Shown here in pieces: positions 62,966 through 64,000 of a stretch of 64,000 bases of DNA. The translations under genes and the position numbers were made by a program. The notes below the pieces were generated by a model. That model made no database searches. It worked only from the letters and a program-made list of their open reading frames with translations, and was not told the origin of the DNA. The number at the start of each line of letters is the position of its first letter. Position 1 is the first letter of the stretch. Source of the DNA: Azolla caroliniana (lineage: Eukaryota; Plantae; Polypodiophyta); contig JBHGNT010000020.1 in the NCBI GenBank assembly GCA_043228905.1, positions 15,190,001 through 15,254,000 of the forward strand. The letters run 5' to 3'.

Positions 62966-64000
62966 AAACGTTTTAGATAATCAATTAAAGACCACTACAA
63001 CATCATTGACTTAATGAAAAAATGACATATAAACTAAACACACGATTAGATGGGAGAAGAGAGAATAGAAAAAAAAATTACGAAAAGAATTACCGAAGTT
63101 CTTTGTTGATCGTTGTCTGGATCAAGGCCGACCGCACATCGATCGATCACCATCAATCAAAAGACAAAAGAAAAACAAAGAAACATTAGTACATAGCTCT
63201 GATACCAAATATTAGAGATCTAGGTACTAAAGTAAGCTTAAGATAAGGATAAACTAATGATAGATAGAAAGGAGAAAGAGAAAGAAGGGTGTCGATCCAC
63301 CCGACCACCCCCGAGCGAAGGGATCGAGACGGACTCGAGCCTCGATCGGCGTCCCATACCACCGTCGTGGCGTCGAGTCGTACCTGGTGCTAGCGCGCTC
63401 ACTACAAGAGTTGACCCACCACAAGAGCAGAGTCTCGATGTAGTCAAAAGATAGTCAAATGAGGGTAGCTAGGCCTCTTATTTATAGCGATACCCAAGGC
63501 CCCTAGGCAAGTTCACACTTGGCCTAATGGGTTGTCTTAATCCCGAGGATTTAAAAGTAATCCTCCCCTTCTTTACACTCTCGTTTAACCCTCACACTTA
63601 TCCACGTGTATAGAATACTACGGTAAATTCTCACCATGGGATATTATATGGTCATGCCCGTAACAGCATGTTTGACATCTATTTGGCAAAAACAATGCAC
63701 TACCTTTTCACTCCTCTATCACCACTTGTGGATAGAGGCTCGATGCTTGCCAATGCATATGCAACACAAACTTCACAAGAGTAGCGTAGAAGAGAAGGTT
63801 GGATACAATGGGTGCTCTAGCTCCTTTGGCCCAAAAGGAGGAGATATATGTATGATGTAATGGTGGAGTGAAGGACTAACTTGCAATTCTCTTAAAAAGA
63901 ACAACCATTTACCCCATTAAATGCACCACCACAATTGACCCACACTTTGCAAGGCAAGGTAGGAAGGAAAGCAACCATTTACCACCACTCTTACCATTGA

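Larger units (their letters stand above)
50694..63665 (-). mobile_element. Ty3/gypsy chromovirus, coding-defective, containing a nested gypsy in its 5' leader
   Basis: 456-bp LTRs at 50694-51149 and 63210-63665 (5 differences seen). TSD GCATG; iMet PBS at 63196-63207; PPT about 51151-51160. gag starts at 55569; protease [14 protein letters not shown], RNase H ETDASDYAIG, integrase HPQSDGQTE, GPF motif, and C-terminal chromodomain PERILD..IKW..DATWE. Confidence 0.96.
50279..63777 (+). mobile_element. Candidate solo LTR (50279-50693 plus 63671-63777) split by the chromovirus
   Basis: TGTAGTG...CTTCACA ends, a TATA box, and absence from duplication copy 1. TSD is not clean. Confidence 0.35.

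Overview
AT-rich, intron-containing plant genomic DNA. The TE types present suggest a non-seed land plant such as a bryophyte, lycophyte or fern (inference). I can support one intact host gene, a 15-exon malectin-like/LRR receptor kinase (27923-33241, +) with a non-RD HMD catalytic loop. At least three broken paralogues and a decayed pyrroline-5-carboxylate reductase pseudogene surround it. The rest is nested transposons: a Sola1-like DNA transposase remnant, an intact CCGG-rich Ty1/copia with apparently identical LTRs (5551-10900), several older copia elements, two chromovirus-type Ty3/gypsy elements, a tRNA-Trp-primed gypsy lineage, and LINE, hAT, MULE and TIR remnants. Most notable observations: (1) two independent insertions of the Trp-primed gypsy lineage both duplicate the same 4-bp target, ACGT; (2) a nested gypsy has LTRs about 4-fold more diverged than those of its host, suggesting it was carried as cargo; (3) a TGT..ACA TIR family with 4-bp TSDs resembles Ginger; (4) strong CCGG enrichment in the young copia; (5) a hairpin with a 19-20 nt loop around the PPT/U3 junction in three copia families. 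All counts and alignments were done by eye.
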